DNA of 63,435 bases from Catajapyx aquilonaris (GCA_000934665.2 KZ538865.1:1-63435); one strand, 5' to 3'. Shown: positions 1 to 13,433, numbered from the stretch's first letter. Program-made: numbers and translations. The notes: generated from the sequence alone by a model not told the origin.

Positions 1-134
1 GCAGGGCAAATCTTCGGACATCATATGATGGCCGTAGGCCCTCCGGCAATGCAAGCTCGGAAATCATATGATGGCCGTAGGCAGCAAAGGGTTAATCGCC
101 ATTATAAAACGACACTTGAACTTGGACCACCCTG
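1..134. mobile_element. Right end of a piggyBac-like element (to 91) inserted at TTAA inside a MITE family A TIR (92-134)
   Basis: ...ggcagcaaaggg|TTAA followed by the rest of the family A TIR (tcgccattataaaacgacacttgaacttggaccaccctg-TA); subterminal repeat tcatatgatggccgtaggc occurs twice. Confidence 0.6.
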
Positions 135-985
135 TATAGCTATTGTTAATAAGGTTATTTGCTACATAGCTATTGTTAATAAGGTTATTTGCTATATAGC
201 TATTGTTAATAAGGTTATGGGCTACTATAATAAATGGTAAGAGCTGTTAATGTAGTATGGCTATCGAGAATATTAGCTCGAGTATAATCTATATTGGGTA
301 TAGCGGATTGGCACGTATAGATGTCAGTCTATTTTTTTTGGAAAACCGCAGAAGCGACGAATAACTTTCGTCGAAAATTGGACGGTCGCGAATGGTTGCG
401 AACTTGTGAATGTTCAGATATAGGCTATGCCGCCGCCTTAAGAGGTTATCCGCGTATAAAAGGTGCGATCGAATATCAATATTTCACGGTTCGATAAGCC
501 TATTGTAACATTCATGGAGCCAATAGAGTGTGTCAGCAGCAGTTCCAAGTTAAAGCGAGGCAGTTTTACAGGTGAAATTCATCCTTCAGATATATTAGTT
601 GACGGGCCGTCAACTATATCTGAATCTGTGGTTGGTGCGACTCAATCCGCAGTTTAAGCTTAACTGACGGTTAACAATTTTTTTTTTTGTTGCAACCTCC
701 TAAGCCCCTAATAAAAGAATCCCTGGCTGGAGTTGGATAGCTCTTGATAGCAGCAATTCCTGTCCACGTGGCCAGAATTGGAAATAAGGCGACGAGAGGG
801 CATCTGCTACTCATGCGGCCAATCCCTTGCGGTCCGGATTGATTACCCTGGACACCTGGTCCGCTGATTAAGTTGGGACAGCCCCCGGAGGATTGTCCCC
901 GGTTGGGAGGAAAATCTGCGGCGGCGACGCTGTTTTTACAAATGAAGCTGCTGGGCAAGGCACAGGGGTTGGAAATAAAGTTTAC

Positions 986-1136
986 CTCGAGGCGTCCTGG
1001 TGTCGGGCAGAGTGAGCCAGAGAGGAATGACGAGAGGAACGAGTAGCACGTAGGTTATCCTCTTGCGACACGTCTTCGGCCATGAGATGTCCAGGGGACC
1101 GTTCTCGTCATCCTCGTCGTCGTCGTCCTCCTCAGC
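986..1136 (-). CDS. Nckx30C: NCKX coding exon (acidic end of loop and TM6 region); gene continues past the left edge of the window
   Basis: Acceptor tatttccaag|GCT (phase 0), donor CGA G|GTAAAC (phase 1); AEEDDDDEDDENGPLDISWPKTCRKRITYVLLVPLVIPLWLTLPDTRTPR matches the NCKX acidic tract plus PLxxxWP...LWLTLPD. Confidence 0.93.
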
Positions 1137-2716
1137 CTTGGAAATAATACAAAAGTCCAAATTAATATCACACATAGTCCGAAACTACGGCAGCCATGAC
1201 ACTTCAGGGCATCAAATAACATGCGCAGTTGCAACTGCGCAGCCTGTACGGGCATGTGCGCATGCGCGAATTTCGTTTGTAATCCGGATGGTGTAGTAGG
1301 AAGTACACACATCTTTCTGGTGCCTCGAGGCAAACAACCCTCGTCTACCCATCCTGAGACGTCTTTCTGTCAGGAAAGGGAGCAAACAAGAGCAGGAGGA
1401 GTAAACACTCCAGACGGGAAGAGGGTTTTCCCGAGGGAAGAGGAGCAAATGGAGCCGGGCTCTTATTTCAAGGGGGGGATAGGGATGAGGGGTTATACTA
1501 TAGCCTACTACTGTATGTAGAAGACTACTGTAGTACACTCTGGGCTGACTGGGCCGATGAGTGTCGTAACCTGGGGTCGTTTAGAGTTACCCCACTTCCA
1601 TTTTCCTATTTGCATTCATTTTTATTCAAACCGAGAGGGGGGGGGGGGTGCTCGGATGGGGAATATTACGTACGATTTCATTTCAATTGAAACGAGTGAT
1701 TTTGAGATATTGGTACATCTTGCGTAATAATTGTAATGTACAATTATTTAGTGAACTATTTGTATAAGATTATGCATAATTGAATAGCAAGTTTGAGTTA
1801 ATATATAGAGCAATTTATATCCTGTCTGTATAATGTAGGCTACCGCATAATGTCCAGTTAAAATTTGCGATTGGTCAAAAAAATTTGTTACTTCCGTTTA
1901 GATTAATAATCTTGCAGTCGTTTCTTGCCTTCAACGTTTTCTGCAAATGAAACAGAACTTTGCGAAAATTCGCAGCATTATACTTTGCTATTGGCGAAGA
2001 AGAAAAAAATAGCTCAGATTTCGGCGGTCGTCATTTGCGGAAAAATAGGGATCTGTCTGGCACTATATTGAAGAATAAAATAGCAATTTGCACGCCCTTG
2101 ACTTCACCGCTGCTACATACTCAGCAAAAATCGCCGCAGTGACTGGTATAAATGACCTTATACGGATTTCGAAAAAAAATTTCGAAGATGGAGCAAAAGT
2201 CTCTGGTTCAGTACCGCCCCTCTCCGTTGAAGATCCGGCCCAAAAATTTGTGTCACGGCCGCCAAAAATCGACCCGGGCCTGTCCCCTTAAATAAACGCC
2301 CGGGGAATTAACGCACGGGTTATTCAGAGAACCGTGACATTATCCCCCGGCTTAAGAAAATAAATAATGCTATGACACGATGCCGGGCGATATTGCTTTA
2401 AAAAAACTACTCATCATATACATGGTGGTCTGTGACTCTGTTTGTCCGTGCGGTGAGTGCGAATCTTGCTCTAATCCTATTGCGGCTAATTGCTGGCCTC
2501 CAATCGATGGGCATGTGTGTTTTTGAGCATTGACATTGACCCAGTTACTTAGATGGGTTGATTCCCCAGCACCACCCCAGCAGAAGAGCCTGGAGTGGGG
2601 TAGGGTTTTGCAGGTTTTTAGGGCAGGGCAGTGATGCCGGGTGTGGGTGTGTGTGGTGGTGGGGGTGTCGTGGGGGGGGGGGGNNNNNNNNNNNNNNNNN
2701 NNNNNNNNNNNNNNNN

Positions 2717-2779
<63 letters not shown>

Positions 2780-3049
2780 GTAGGAAGGGGGGGGGGGGAA
2801 AGAGCGTTATAGGATGGATTCTCCCATCATCTACCTACACACACCCACACACCGGCACCGGCTTGTGGCTCCAATTATCACCTCAAAAGACACCTTGGTC
2901 TGCTACCGTTTTAGGTTTGGACCCGAAAGTTAACCGTTAACTATAGCAGCGACTGTGCACGTAGACTACAGTATCATACCCCTCACATAGATGGCGTGTC
3001 GTTACTCTCTGCATTGCCACTCTTGGGGTCATGCGAACATCCACCTATA

Positions 3050-3304
3050 CAGGGTGTTAATCCAATAATCGTGTCACCAGAAAAGGTGGTGATAGAGGGC
3101 GCAGGTATGAGCATTTTTGCATAAGGAACTAGGGGTCGGAAACGCACCCTCACCGAGTTACGCCCCTTTCAAGTTTGCGGCAGGCTGTGTGCAAGAGGCT
3201 CGGTGAGGGTGCGTTTCCGACCCCTAGTTCCTTATGCAAAAATGCTCACACCTGCGCCCTCTACCACCACCTTTTCTGGTGACACGCTTAGAATTAACAC
3301 CCTG
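3050..3304. mobile_element. Palindromic Tc1/mariner-type MITE
   Basis: TA-cagggtgttaa ... ttaacaccctg-TA; ~105-bp near-perfect inverted arms. Confidence 0.82.
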
Positions 3305-3545
3305 TAGTTAATTGTCATAAGAGCGTAACCGAGTGCGCACCACAGTTCGCGCAGCTTGCAGGGTTGGCATTATTAATTATATCTGGTAAGCTTATTGCGC
3401 TGCACTTATTTCCAACGCTACGCTTTAGGAGGGAACAAAATGGCCGACTTTTGCGACGTTGACAGGACTCTGGAACGAATTTCAGAACAATAGAGCTGCG
3501 CGAGTGTAGGTGAGCACTCGGTTGGGCTCGTAAAAAATTCATATA

Positions 3546-3697
3546 CAGTCAGCGTTAACCCAAAGAACGATCTGACGTCACCTTCCGCCCGCCTCCACCA
3601 GCATGATGTCCCCGAATCACTCTGCAAGCATACTACTGCGCATGCTCAGAAAACACTGCTGGTGTGACGTCAGATCGTTATTTGGTTTAAAGGACTG
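3546..3697. mobile_element. Small TA-flanked MITE-like foldback
   Basis: TA-cagtc...gactg-TA with internal inverted aacgatctgacgtcac; a related palindrome lies at 8906-9066. Confidence 0.55.
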
Positions 3698-3791
3698 TAT
3701 ACCAGTGGACAAACAGAGGCACAGGCCAATTCTAATGTGGTAGATTTCTCTTAATAACAGGCGGTGTTGCCAGTCTGTGCGGGAGACTAAC

Positions 3792-3806
3792 TTTAAACGC
3801 GTGTCT
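3792..3806 (-). CDS. Candidate 15-nt NCKX microexon (RHAFK); 105-nt alternative form 3896-3792
   Basis: ctaat...ttgttcatccgtattcag|AGACACGCGTTTAAA|GTTAGT; phase 0-0 fits the 10274 and 1136 junctions. Confidence 0.3.
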
Positions 3807-4500
3807 CTGAATACGGATGAACAACCATGGCATTAAAATTAGAAAGTGTTGCCAGATGAATGAGGGTAGTAACACGCGCATGTCGTGACGCATATTCTAC
3901 ATAAAATAGTGGGAGTGTCACAACAAGCGCGGTTTGAGTTATGGGATAAGGGAGAGAGAGAGGAGGGGAAGGAAAAGGAAGGGACTCCAAAACCCCGGGT
4001 CATGAATATTCATATTAATAACCCCCTTCGCCATCTTCATGATTGCGGCATGATCCCACCCCTCGACCACAAAGGTCAGGGACGAATCTAACCGGGGGAG
4101 CTCTTCGATTGGCTATCCCCCCAAAAAAAGAAGCTAGTCTTGGACACGGAACTATTGGCATTAAAGGAGAGGACAATATGTAGATAGACTCGAGGCAATA
4201 TTTCTCGCCACATAAATGGACGGTTGCATCAAACCAAAATTAAGGAAAAATCTCCGGTTAGAGGTGCTCACAAAGGAAAATCTGGATTTAAATTTCTACA
4301 TTAAGGATGATTTTTAACTGTGGAGTATTTATTTGATTAACTTATACATTTTTCATACGATCTTACCTATTCAGTAGCATATACAGTATTTTACTGTATA
4401 TGATATTATTTATTTATATAATAATTTTTATATACTTTTAATTTTCATTTTATTTTATCATTTTTGCTTGCTGCGTTATATTATGAACTTTAATTACTTA

Positions 4501-4741
4501 CTAGCAGGATACCCGGCGTTGCTCGGGTTATGAAATTCTTTGAATGAATCGACGCTACATTCCTGCTCTTCTGCCACTTAGCCTCCTGGGGTCAAGGATG
4601 ACCTCGGAGGTCAAGTCCAATGTGCTAAAAACCTTCCTCGTTAAAAACTACCCCTAATGATCCCCCTGGGGCATATGTCGAGGCCTGAGTATTGATTTGC
4701 ATCGGGAACGTACAGACATACGTTTGGAAATATGTATTAGA
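4501..4741 (-). mobile_element. Non-autonomous Helitron with a different interior
   Basis: Minus strand reads A|TCTAATAC ... cccgagcaacgccgggt-atcctg-CTAG|T. Confidence 0.72.
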
Positions 4742-6209
4742 TGCTGTATTATTTTAATACATTTTATTCGATATGATTTTAACTAGACATTTATTGATAT
4801 TGGTTTAATTATTATTTTATAGACATTATTTTAATATTTATACATCGACCAAATTTAAAGGGAAAATCTCATATAGCCTGCCAAATTCAAGGTCACGTTT
4901 CTGTCTTGGTTTCTAGAGTGGACAATCCAATATATATCTGTTGGTTACTACGTATTACGCCAATCACTTAAAGCTGCTCGATCATTACGCAACCCCCCAT
5001 CACAAACCGTCCCATTAAATATTCATCGGTCTGATAGTTTAAGTTAAAACGGGACAAACCGGGTTCCGCCCACACGCGTCAAAAATTTAACAGTGCATGA
5101 AAAACACATCACTTAACCTGCCCTTCAGAATCTTTTGCCTCGTCGTTTGCAAGAATAATTATTATTACGTGCTGAGTACACAGTATTATGAGCCATGATG
5201 AGTAGGCGGTGGGGGAGGCCAGGGGGTGGGGATGGAGGAGGGCAAAGTAATCCTCATAAAGACTTGGAATAACATCGATTATATAACGTGGCAGAAACTG
5301 CCAGCTCTACAGATCTATCAACACGAGCTGAGTCTATAAACTCAGTCTATCGATAGGCTCGTTTTTAGCAGCTCCATTTCACGCTATTTTTAGTTCAGTG
5401 GACACAACTCTATGGCTTTAAACGCAATTTAGCTTCGTATTGGTCGGTCCAACTACGTGGGAGATACACTGATTACACGAATAACGCTTATCCTGATTAT
5501 ATAGCAGTTATTGTAGCTAGTAGCAGTTGAAAGCAGCTGGTCTTGTGGGGTCGAAAAAAGCAATCAACGGCTATTATTTTAAGATACAGGTTTTTAACCA
5601 TAATTAAGGGGTAATTGAGGTCAGTGTGTATTAATTCCAATTAGTGAAAATCTACTCTAATGCATGATGGGTGTTCAAAATACATTATGGAAGATTTTCG
5701 TCTTAATTTTCAGGGATTCTTTTCCTTATCATCGAACTGCTAACTTTGGTTGTGTTCCACCCTGTACACAGACCACACTCGATAAAATGTAATCACGTAC
5801 ACGTGGGCTTTGCAGTCTGGAATTTAACATAGGCCATGGGTATATGGATCTCCTCTATTTATAGTCTCTACGTGGGGGGACTTCCCATAAAATGTGACGT
5901 GTACTGCTGTAGCTCCAAGTGGGAAGAAAAACGTTTTCAACCGCCTCCAACGTAACCAAGATTTCTTCTCCTGGCATAGACCTGGATAACCTGTAGTACA
6001 CGGCTTCATTACAGGTCAACTCATTTCAGCAGGGATTGGCTGATGCCAATTACAAAGAAGCCCTTCATGGACTTGGTCTTTAAGAGGGTGCCATAAGATA
6101 ATTAATAACTGATTAAAAGCACAACTTTTAAACCGTGTCCTCGACTATAAACGAAAATGTCGCCTTTATATTCAACCTAATATCAGCAACTATTGTTATA
6201 ATTAAAACC

Positions 6210-6810
6210 ATATTACAAGCAACTAATAGTAGCTAACAGGTAATAATATTATAACCAATATAACAATGTTATATATAAGCAACTAATAGTAGCTAACAGG
6301 TAATATTATAACCAATATAACAATGTTATATATAAGCAACTAATAGTAGCTAACAGGTAATATTATAACCAATATAACAATATTATAAGCAACTAATAGT
6401 AGCTAACTGGTAATATTATAACCGAGATAACAATATCATAAGTAACCAATATTATAACAATGTTATAAGTAACCAAAAATATTATAGCAATATCATAACC
6501 AATATTATAGCAATGTTATAAGTAACCAAAAATATTATAGCAATATCATAACCAATATTATAACAATGTTATAAGTAACCAAAAATATTATAGCAATATC
6601 ATAACCAATATTATAACAATGTTATAAGTAACCAATATTATAACAATGTTATAAGTAACCAAAAATATTATAGCAATATCATAAGTAACCAAAAATATTA
6701 TAGCAATATCATAAGTAACCAAAAATATTATAGCAATATCATAAGTAACCAAAAATATTATAGCAATATCATAACCAATATTATAGCAATATTATAAGTA
6801 ACCAAAATAT
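6210..6810. repeat. AT-rich compound minisatellite
   Basis: ataagcaactaatagtagctaacaggtaatattataacc and aagtaaccaaaaatattatagcaatatcat units. Confidence 0.85.
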
Positions 6811-7709
6811 TACATGAATATTATATTGTAACTGTTGTTAAGTAATAGCTAATAATAAGCAGGTTAGTGCTAAAATCGCTAATTAACACAGGAGACAATT
6901 CTGATGCATTTAATCATATTTTGTAAAATCGTCTTTAAGAGTCTGTGCCTATGTTTGTCCGGGGTGAGTCATCAGTTAGGTACCAATGCTCCTCGCGTGA
7001 CCCTGAGAGTGGCAGTAGGGTGCAGAGAGGAAGGATGCGCCATCTAAGGAGAAGGGGCTGAGTTGAGGTGATAACTCATCCCGGACACACGAACATACTG
7101 ATTATTGTCAGTTTTGCAAAGTTTTGGTTGACAAGTATACCGACTTGGACAATGAGGATCGGCTCTTTACGTCAGTTGCGTACGTCCCATTTTTTCCCCC
7201 CGCTTGATTGTCTCTATAGTCATACACTATGCATGGATGCAATATGAGAGTTGTTCCGGGGGGAAAGCTCAAATATAGAATATCGACTTATTACCAACCA
7301 TCTATTTGCTTTATAGACTCCACCACCCCGCCCCCACCCCCACCACTCCTCTCTCATCAGTCTTAAAAATCGATTCTTATGACGAGCAACTGGGCCATTT
7401 ATAGTACCCCGGCGATGATTACACAAGGAGAGGTTAATTGCTCAGCGCCAAAAATCTGATCAATACCCCTGCAAAGTCACCGATTGTTTGATCAAATTTT
7501 GCAAATTCTCGACCCCCGCGGTCTTTATAGGTTGCCTCAACAGATTCAGGAGACATTTTTTTAGCGCGTGACAAAAAGCCCACGAGTCTATGACTTTTTA
7601 AAACTAGATGGTTGGCATGCACGTTATTTTAATCGAGTTATATTTTATTAAAATATTGCGACTTAAACTATATGCTCCTAATCGCTTAGCTGTTTGTTCC
7701 AATTAATGT

Positions 7710-7838
7710 CAGTGGATGGAATTTTCGTCTCACTGCTAGTAAGTTATACTGCTAACTTAGCAGTACCAATGTTGTGGATGATTACTACTAAGTTAGTAGT
7801 AGTAACTAGCAGTAGTGATACGAAAATTCCATCCAATG
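7710..7838. mobile_element. Small palindromic MITE family (also near 20537-20640 and 63083-63170)
   Basis: ggaattttc...ctaacttagcagtacca...ctaagttag...gaaaattcc found in three places. Confidence 0.62.
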
Positions 7839-8049
7839 TCAGCGAATTTAACGCATATTATTAAGGAGTTACTTTCTATTAGTTACTTTATTATTATAAT
7901 ATATTATTCATATTTTCATTTATTTTCATTTATTCATTATTCTTATTGATAAATTGTTTATCTTTATTAATTTATGTCCATTATGTTATGGGCTTTTTTA
8001 TATAGATAAGCAGCTTTGTGGCTAGAAGAGCACTAATGAGCCATGTAAT

Positions 8050-8335
<286 letters not shown>

Positions 8336-8489
8336 TCAAGAATTGTCATTTGTCCGAATCTTTCTTTGAACCATGTAAATTACAGTATGTGTTTTTGGCA
8401 AAATATTTTGAAGCACTTGTGGTAGTTATGTAACCTACAGTACAACCGTAACTTTTGCACGTGCAAAACACGTCGAGAGTTCCCTCGAT

Positions 8490-8540
<51 letters not shown>

Positions 8541-10273
8541 GGGGGGGGATTAATAGAAACGACACCCCCCCTTCCACGGCACTAAATCTGAGAAGAGGTT
8601 GGACAAAATACCTTCTGACAGCCCTGAATAGTGGCGACACCATATGACTGTTGTCATTANCCCCCCCCCCCCCCTCCCTCGAATTGCGAATTATTTTTGC
8701 CAGCCAGTTATACCCTATATACCTCAGACAGTTGAGCATAAGTTTGGCCTTATTGAAATTTTCAAATTCGCACACACGTGGAGCCTACATAGTGCTGCAG
8801 GCAGAGTCTCGTCAGGAGCAATTAAATGTTTGAAAGCTCACGCGCTGATCAAATGTGGCCTATAATATTTCAATATTTTACAAAATGATTTCGCATATTT
8901 CAAAAGAGTAATGTACGGAAAACGAGAGAACGATCTGACCTCATCAAGGTTTCCATGGAAATATATACCCCTCGCAGTACAGTATGAGTAAACAGTGTCA
9001 ACAAAAAAAGCAACAATGGAAGAAACGATGACGTCACATCGTTCTCTCCTTTTCCGTACATTACTCGTATGTATTCGGATTTAGTTTTTAAATTTCATTT
9101 TGCCGGGTGTTATTTGATTTGTGGTATTTATTTTATTAGCAATTTAACTTATTGTTATTCATTTTATCGACTATTTTATTTCAGCTGATATTTATTAGTC
9201 ATTCATATTATTTGTGCTAATGGCTTTATTTTATTAGCTGTTTTAGTTATTAGCACTGTATTAGCTATTTCAGTTATTATCATTGTATTAGCTATTTCAG
9301 TTATTATTCATTTTATTGGCCATTTCAGTTATTATTCATTTTATTGGCCATTTCCTTTTAGTTGTTTATCAGTTTTTTGTATGATTTGCGTTAATGTCGA
9401 TTTTGTTAGCTATTTTAGTTATGACATCACTCTATTAGCTTTTTTAGTTATTATCACGTTATTGCCTATTTTCTTTTAGTTGTTATAAATTAGTTTATGA
9501 GTTAGCTATGTTAGTTGTATCAATTTCTTTTTATTAGCTATTTAGTTGTCATTTTTAATAAGTCATTTAAATTTTTATTAGTTATTTTTATTGTTTGTAT
9601 TCATTTATTATTTGTTTCATTTGATATTTTTACTTAATATGCATTTTATTTAGTTCCATCAAGAGCTAATATAAACTGGTTCTACTTACTACTTCTATAT
9701 ATATAGTTATTTCATTCTTTATTCATTTACAGAAATACAAGTACATTTTGAGACGTGCCTGATGATGCCTTTAATGAGAAATTATCAATTACCGTAGTTC
9801 AAGATCAAATTACATGCACGTGTAGGTAGGCTCCATTCAAAATCAATGGCGCGTGGCTCACAGTATTACCGTGAATGAGAGTTCGACATTAATAATATGC
9901 GCATTCAAAATCCCTTCTATCAAAATATTGACAGTGCGCACCTGCCTGGTAAATTGAAGTTTGATGCTTTTCAATATAACTATATTGCGCATGAAACCGT
10001 ATTGGCACTTCGATTAGATGCGCTACTGTACACCGGTAAATGCCAGTTCAGCAATCTACAGGTGGATTGTTTACTCCAAAAGAGACGCAACAGTCACATG
10101 AAGCCTCGTCAGAATGAGTGTTCATGAAATGCAATAGACAGTCTCTTAGATACAGCCTACGACATTTCCATCATCTGAAGGCGAGAAGAACCGACTGCGC
10201 ATTCCCCTTGCGCAACAAGCTGCGTAAGAGGAATGCGCGGTGCTAAAATCGTTTGATAAGAGATTGTACTCAC

Positions 10274-10551
10274 CCCTGGAGGAAGAGCGCCGTTGGGCTG
10301 CTGCGCCAGCCCCGGGGGCGGTCTGCCCCTGGGCCCGCCCCCGAGCTGCGTCTCCTTGGAGTGCGGCAACCCGACAGCTATCTCGGTGGTGGCGCCCTCC
10401 GCCGCCGCGCACTGCACCGCGGTGAGGGGCGGCGGCGGCGTGGTGGGCGCCAGGTGACTCTTGACCGCTCCGTTCTGCGGTCGAGTCGCGTCCAGAAGGA
10501 CCTTCAGCGACGCGATCGCGTGCAGCTGCGTCGCCTTCTCGTCCACTTTCC
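10274..10551 (-). CDS. Nckx30C: NCKX coding exon, cytoplasmic loop (GKVDEKATQLHAIASLKVLLDATRPQNG...)
   Basis: Acceptor aatgcag|GG completes the upstream phase-1 Gly codon; donor GGG|GTGAGT, phase 0; the joined peptide DPMHD-GKVDEKATQLHAIASLKVLLDAT is Nckx30C-like. Confidence 0.92.
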
Positions 10552-10796
10552 CTGCATTTCGGGGAATCGAAACAAAAAAGAAAAGATGGGGGAAAAAAAC
10601 AACGATCGGGTCAGAGACGTTTCTCACGCAACGGACGCTCTCGCGCATGCGCAATTCAGCCCGGCCAAATCTAAACCATACAGCGCCATGTGCATTGTTT
10701 TCTCATGTTCTACATGTTATAAAAAGGTGCGTTTCAACAGAAGCGTCCTCAGTGGTCAGCGACTTTTCGCCCTAAGCTGTTTATTACCTACATAAT

Positions 10797-10953
10797 CTGT
10801 TTGTTTGTTTGTCCGGGGTGATTCATCACCTAACTCAGCAATGTCCACGTAGTACCACCACTCCTAGCACAGGTGGCGCAGCTCTTCACACTACTGCTAC
10901 TTGCAGACCAAGCTGACTTGAGGTGATGACTCACCCCGGACAGACAAACAGAC
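10797..10953. mobile_element. Representative of dispersed family F (other copies/fragments near 6941-7092, 18765, 19390-19870, 22360-22535, 23617-23783, 34316-34570, 41826-42350, 42620, 54370, 59595)
   Basis: TIR tgtccggggtgagtcatca / tgatgactcaccccggaca next to (tgtt/tgtc)n; internal ccctgagagtggcagtag and gcgccatct motifs. Confidence 0.7.
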
Positions 10954-12363
10954 AAGCATAGCTTATTATTAGCAGTATGATTGACCGATATTAGGTTGAA
11001 AGAAAGTATCATTTTAGTAGGCCTACATGAACTGTCTCACGCCTTCTCAGAGACCGTTTAATAGCTATTAAAATGATGCAAAATTCAACCTAATATACTA
11101 ATAGTTAATATTTTGCAAACGAATACTAATAGTTGATATTTTGTAAACGAATACTAATAGTTGATATTTTGTAAACGAATACTAATAGTTGATATTTTGT
11201 AAACGAATACTAATAGTTGATATTTTGTGAACTAATACAGTATTAAAAGTTAATATTCTGTGAACTATACAGTATTAATCAAGGTATTAATAGTTAATAT
11301 TCTGTGATCTAATATAGTATTAATCATGGTATTAGTAGCTAATATTCTATGAACTAATACAGTATTAATAAAATTATTAATAGTTCATATTTTGTGAACT
11401 GATGCAGCATGATTAATTAAAATATGTCAACCAATACAATAGTTATAGTTAATATTTGTCAACTAATACAATGGTTATAGTTAATATGTTTTGTAAATTA
11501 ATATAAAATAAGCAGCTTAGTTTGAAACAATCGCCGACCGTAACTGTTCAGTTGGAACGGACTGAATGTGTACACGTGTGCTCTATTGTCAAAATAGTAC
11601 TACGAGACAATAACATGTTTATTACACTCATTACTGGGCATTTTTTTCTGGGCATTAGTGCGGGTGAATTAGGAAAATTCATCAGGGGCTGATATGGCAA
11701 CAGCGCGTGGCACGCGTCGTTGCCAAGTCAGCTGTGAAGAGACCTTCCGTCAGGGTCACCAACACGACCTCTCATCTGCTGCACACTGCATCGAGGATCA
11801 TTCTTTTAACATCGTTTAAAAAAAAAGCCTCTCATTAACTTTATCCGCAGAAGAGTGGTCCTCAAATCATGGAGAAGATGAGAGTGAAAAGCAGTAGGCG
11901 GCAGCAGCAGCGGCAACAGCGGCATCAGCCATCAGCAGCGACATCAGCACCAGCAGTCAGCAGCACCAGTAACAACCAAACCAAAAACGGCGCGTGGGTT
12001 CACACTGCGACTCGTTCAAGGTGCGCTTCCCCTTGGTTACTTTCATCCTTGCATGATGCAACCAAAACACACGGTGATATTTTTGCAGTGTTTCCAGATT
12101 ATGGCAAATGTTTCAGTCAATTTATAATGGGATAGCTATACAGATGAAGTTTTTTTTTTACGCGCGCAACCTAGTGCGCACCCACATTCACACAGCTCCA
12201 TTGTGTTCATGTGACAACGTTGCCAGAGTTGCTCCCAAGGGGTCAAATTCACACCCGTAGCCTCTGAGTCAAGTTTGAGAGCCGTGGCAACGTCGCACAC
12301 ATCTGCTATTTTGTTTCTCCACAAATGTAGCGTTGGAAATACAATTTACAAGCACCAGCTATA

Positions 12364-12677
12364 TCTGTATAAATAAAGCCGTTTGTGAGTCTGTCTGTCT
12401 GTCTCTGTCTGTCTGTCCGCCTGCCAACCGTCATTTACCTGCCATCTGTGCTCCACCCCCAGGCCGGGAGAGGATGGAGGTGTTGGGGATTCACGACAGA
12501 TGGCAGGCAACTCACGGTTGGCGTTATACAGGCGGAGAGGTTGAAGGTGTTGGAGTAGAAGGACCACAGATGGCATTGGTGGGCGGACAGACAGAAAGAC
12601 AGACATTTGACGGGGTTACTGGCAGGTGTTTTCCCTTCATTCATTTCTTCCCGGGCAACGCCGGGTGCCACATCTAG
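12364..12677 (+). mobile_element. Non-autonomous Helitron H1, nested in a family G MITE
   Basis: A|TC 5' end, (tctg)n microsatellite, 3' hairpin cccgggcaacgccggg, CTAG|T end, no TSD. Confidence 0.85.
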
Positions 12678-12928
12678 TCACTGATAAAGCCAACCGTGCA
12701 CGCTGCGCCAACTGGGGTGCGCGCTCGGTTGCGTTCGTTTAAAAATCATACATGCATCTTGTACATAAATATTTTAACGAACGCAACCGAATGCGCACTA
12801 TAGTTCGCGCAACGTCCACGGTTGGCATCATCACTGCACTTATTTCCAACGCTACGGTTGGTATGGGTGGAAACGTGGCCGACGTTTGCGACGTTGCCAA
12901 GACTCTGCACTCCCGGATGTGGCGCAAT

Positions 12929-13175
12929 GAACCAAATCGTATTCGGGCGGACGACTTCTGAACCGTTCTGAACCTATCTAAGCTGTCAATTCACATTCAG
13001 TGCCCGTCCGCAGATTCGTCCACCACCGCCCGAATGCGCTTTGCGCCGGTCCAAATCGCATTCTGGCGAATGGTGGGCGGATCTGGGGACCGTGGGCTGA
13101 ATGCGAATTGACAGTTTTAGTAGGTTCAGAACGGTTCAGAAGTCGTCCACCCGAATGCGATTTGGTACAGTGCCC
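12929..13175. mobile_element. Imperfect foldback/MITE
   Basis: ccaaatcgtattcgggcggacgacttctgaaccgttctgaaccta is inverted at taggttcagaacggttcagaagtcgtccacccgaatgcgatttgg. Confidence 0.65.
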
Positions 13176-13433
13176 GACTGCAGCGCCAATTCCGGGGTGG
13201 CGGAGGACTTGCTAGCAGCACAGCCGTTCCCATAAGGCTAGGGTGGAAGTCTGGAACTTACCGAGTGCGCAGCACAGTTCGCGCCGAGTGCACGGTTGGC
13301 ATTATCAACGATACAGTTATCTTGATTTGAGTCAAAATTAGCGACATCGAGTGTGAACCCAGCTGAACTGAACGAACTGAATAGAACGGGTATTTTTCTA
13401 CGAAAGTAACAGGCTCAGCCTCACCCCCCTCAC

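Noticed and set aside
5824..6009. Possible NCKX loop exon (…EKKSWLRWRRLK…)
   Set aside because: The acceptor-like site gives a stop in the required phase 0 and no suitable donor was found
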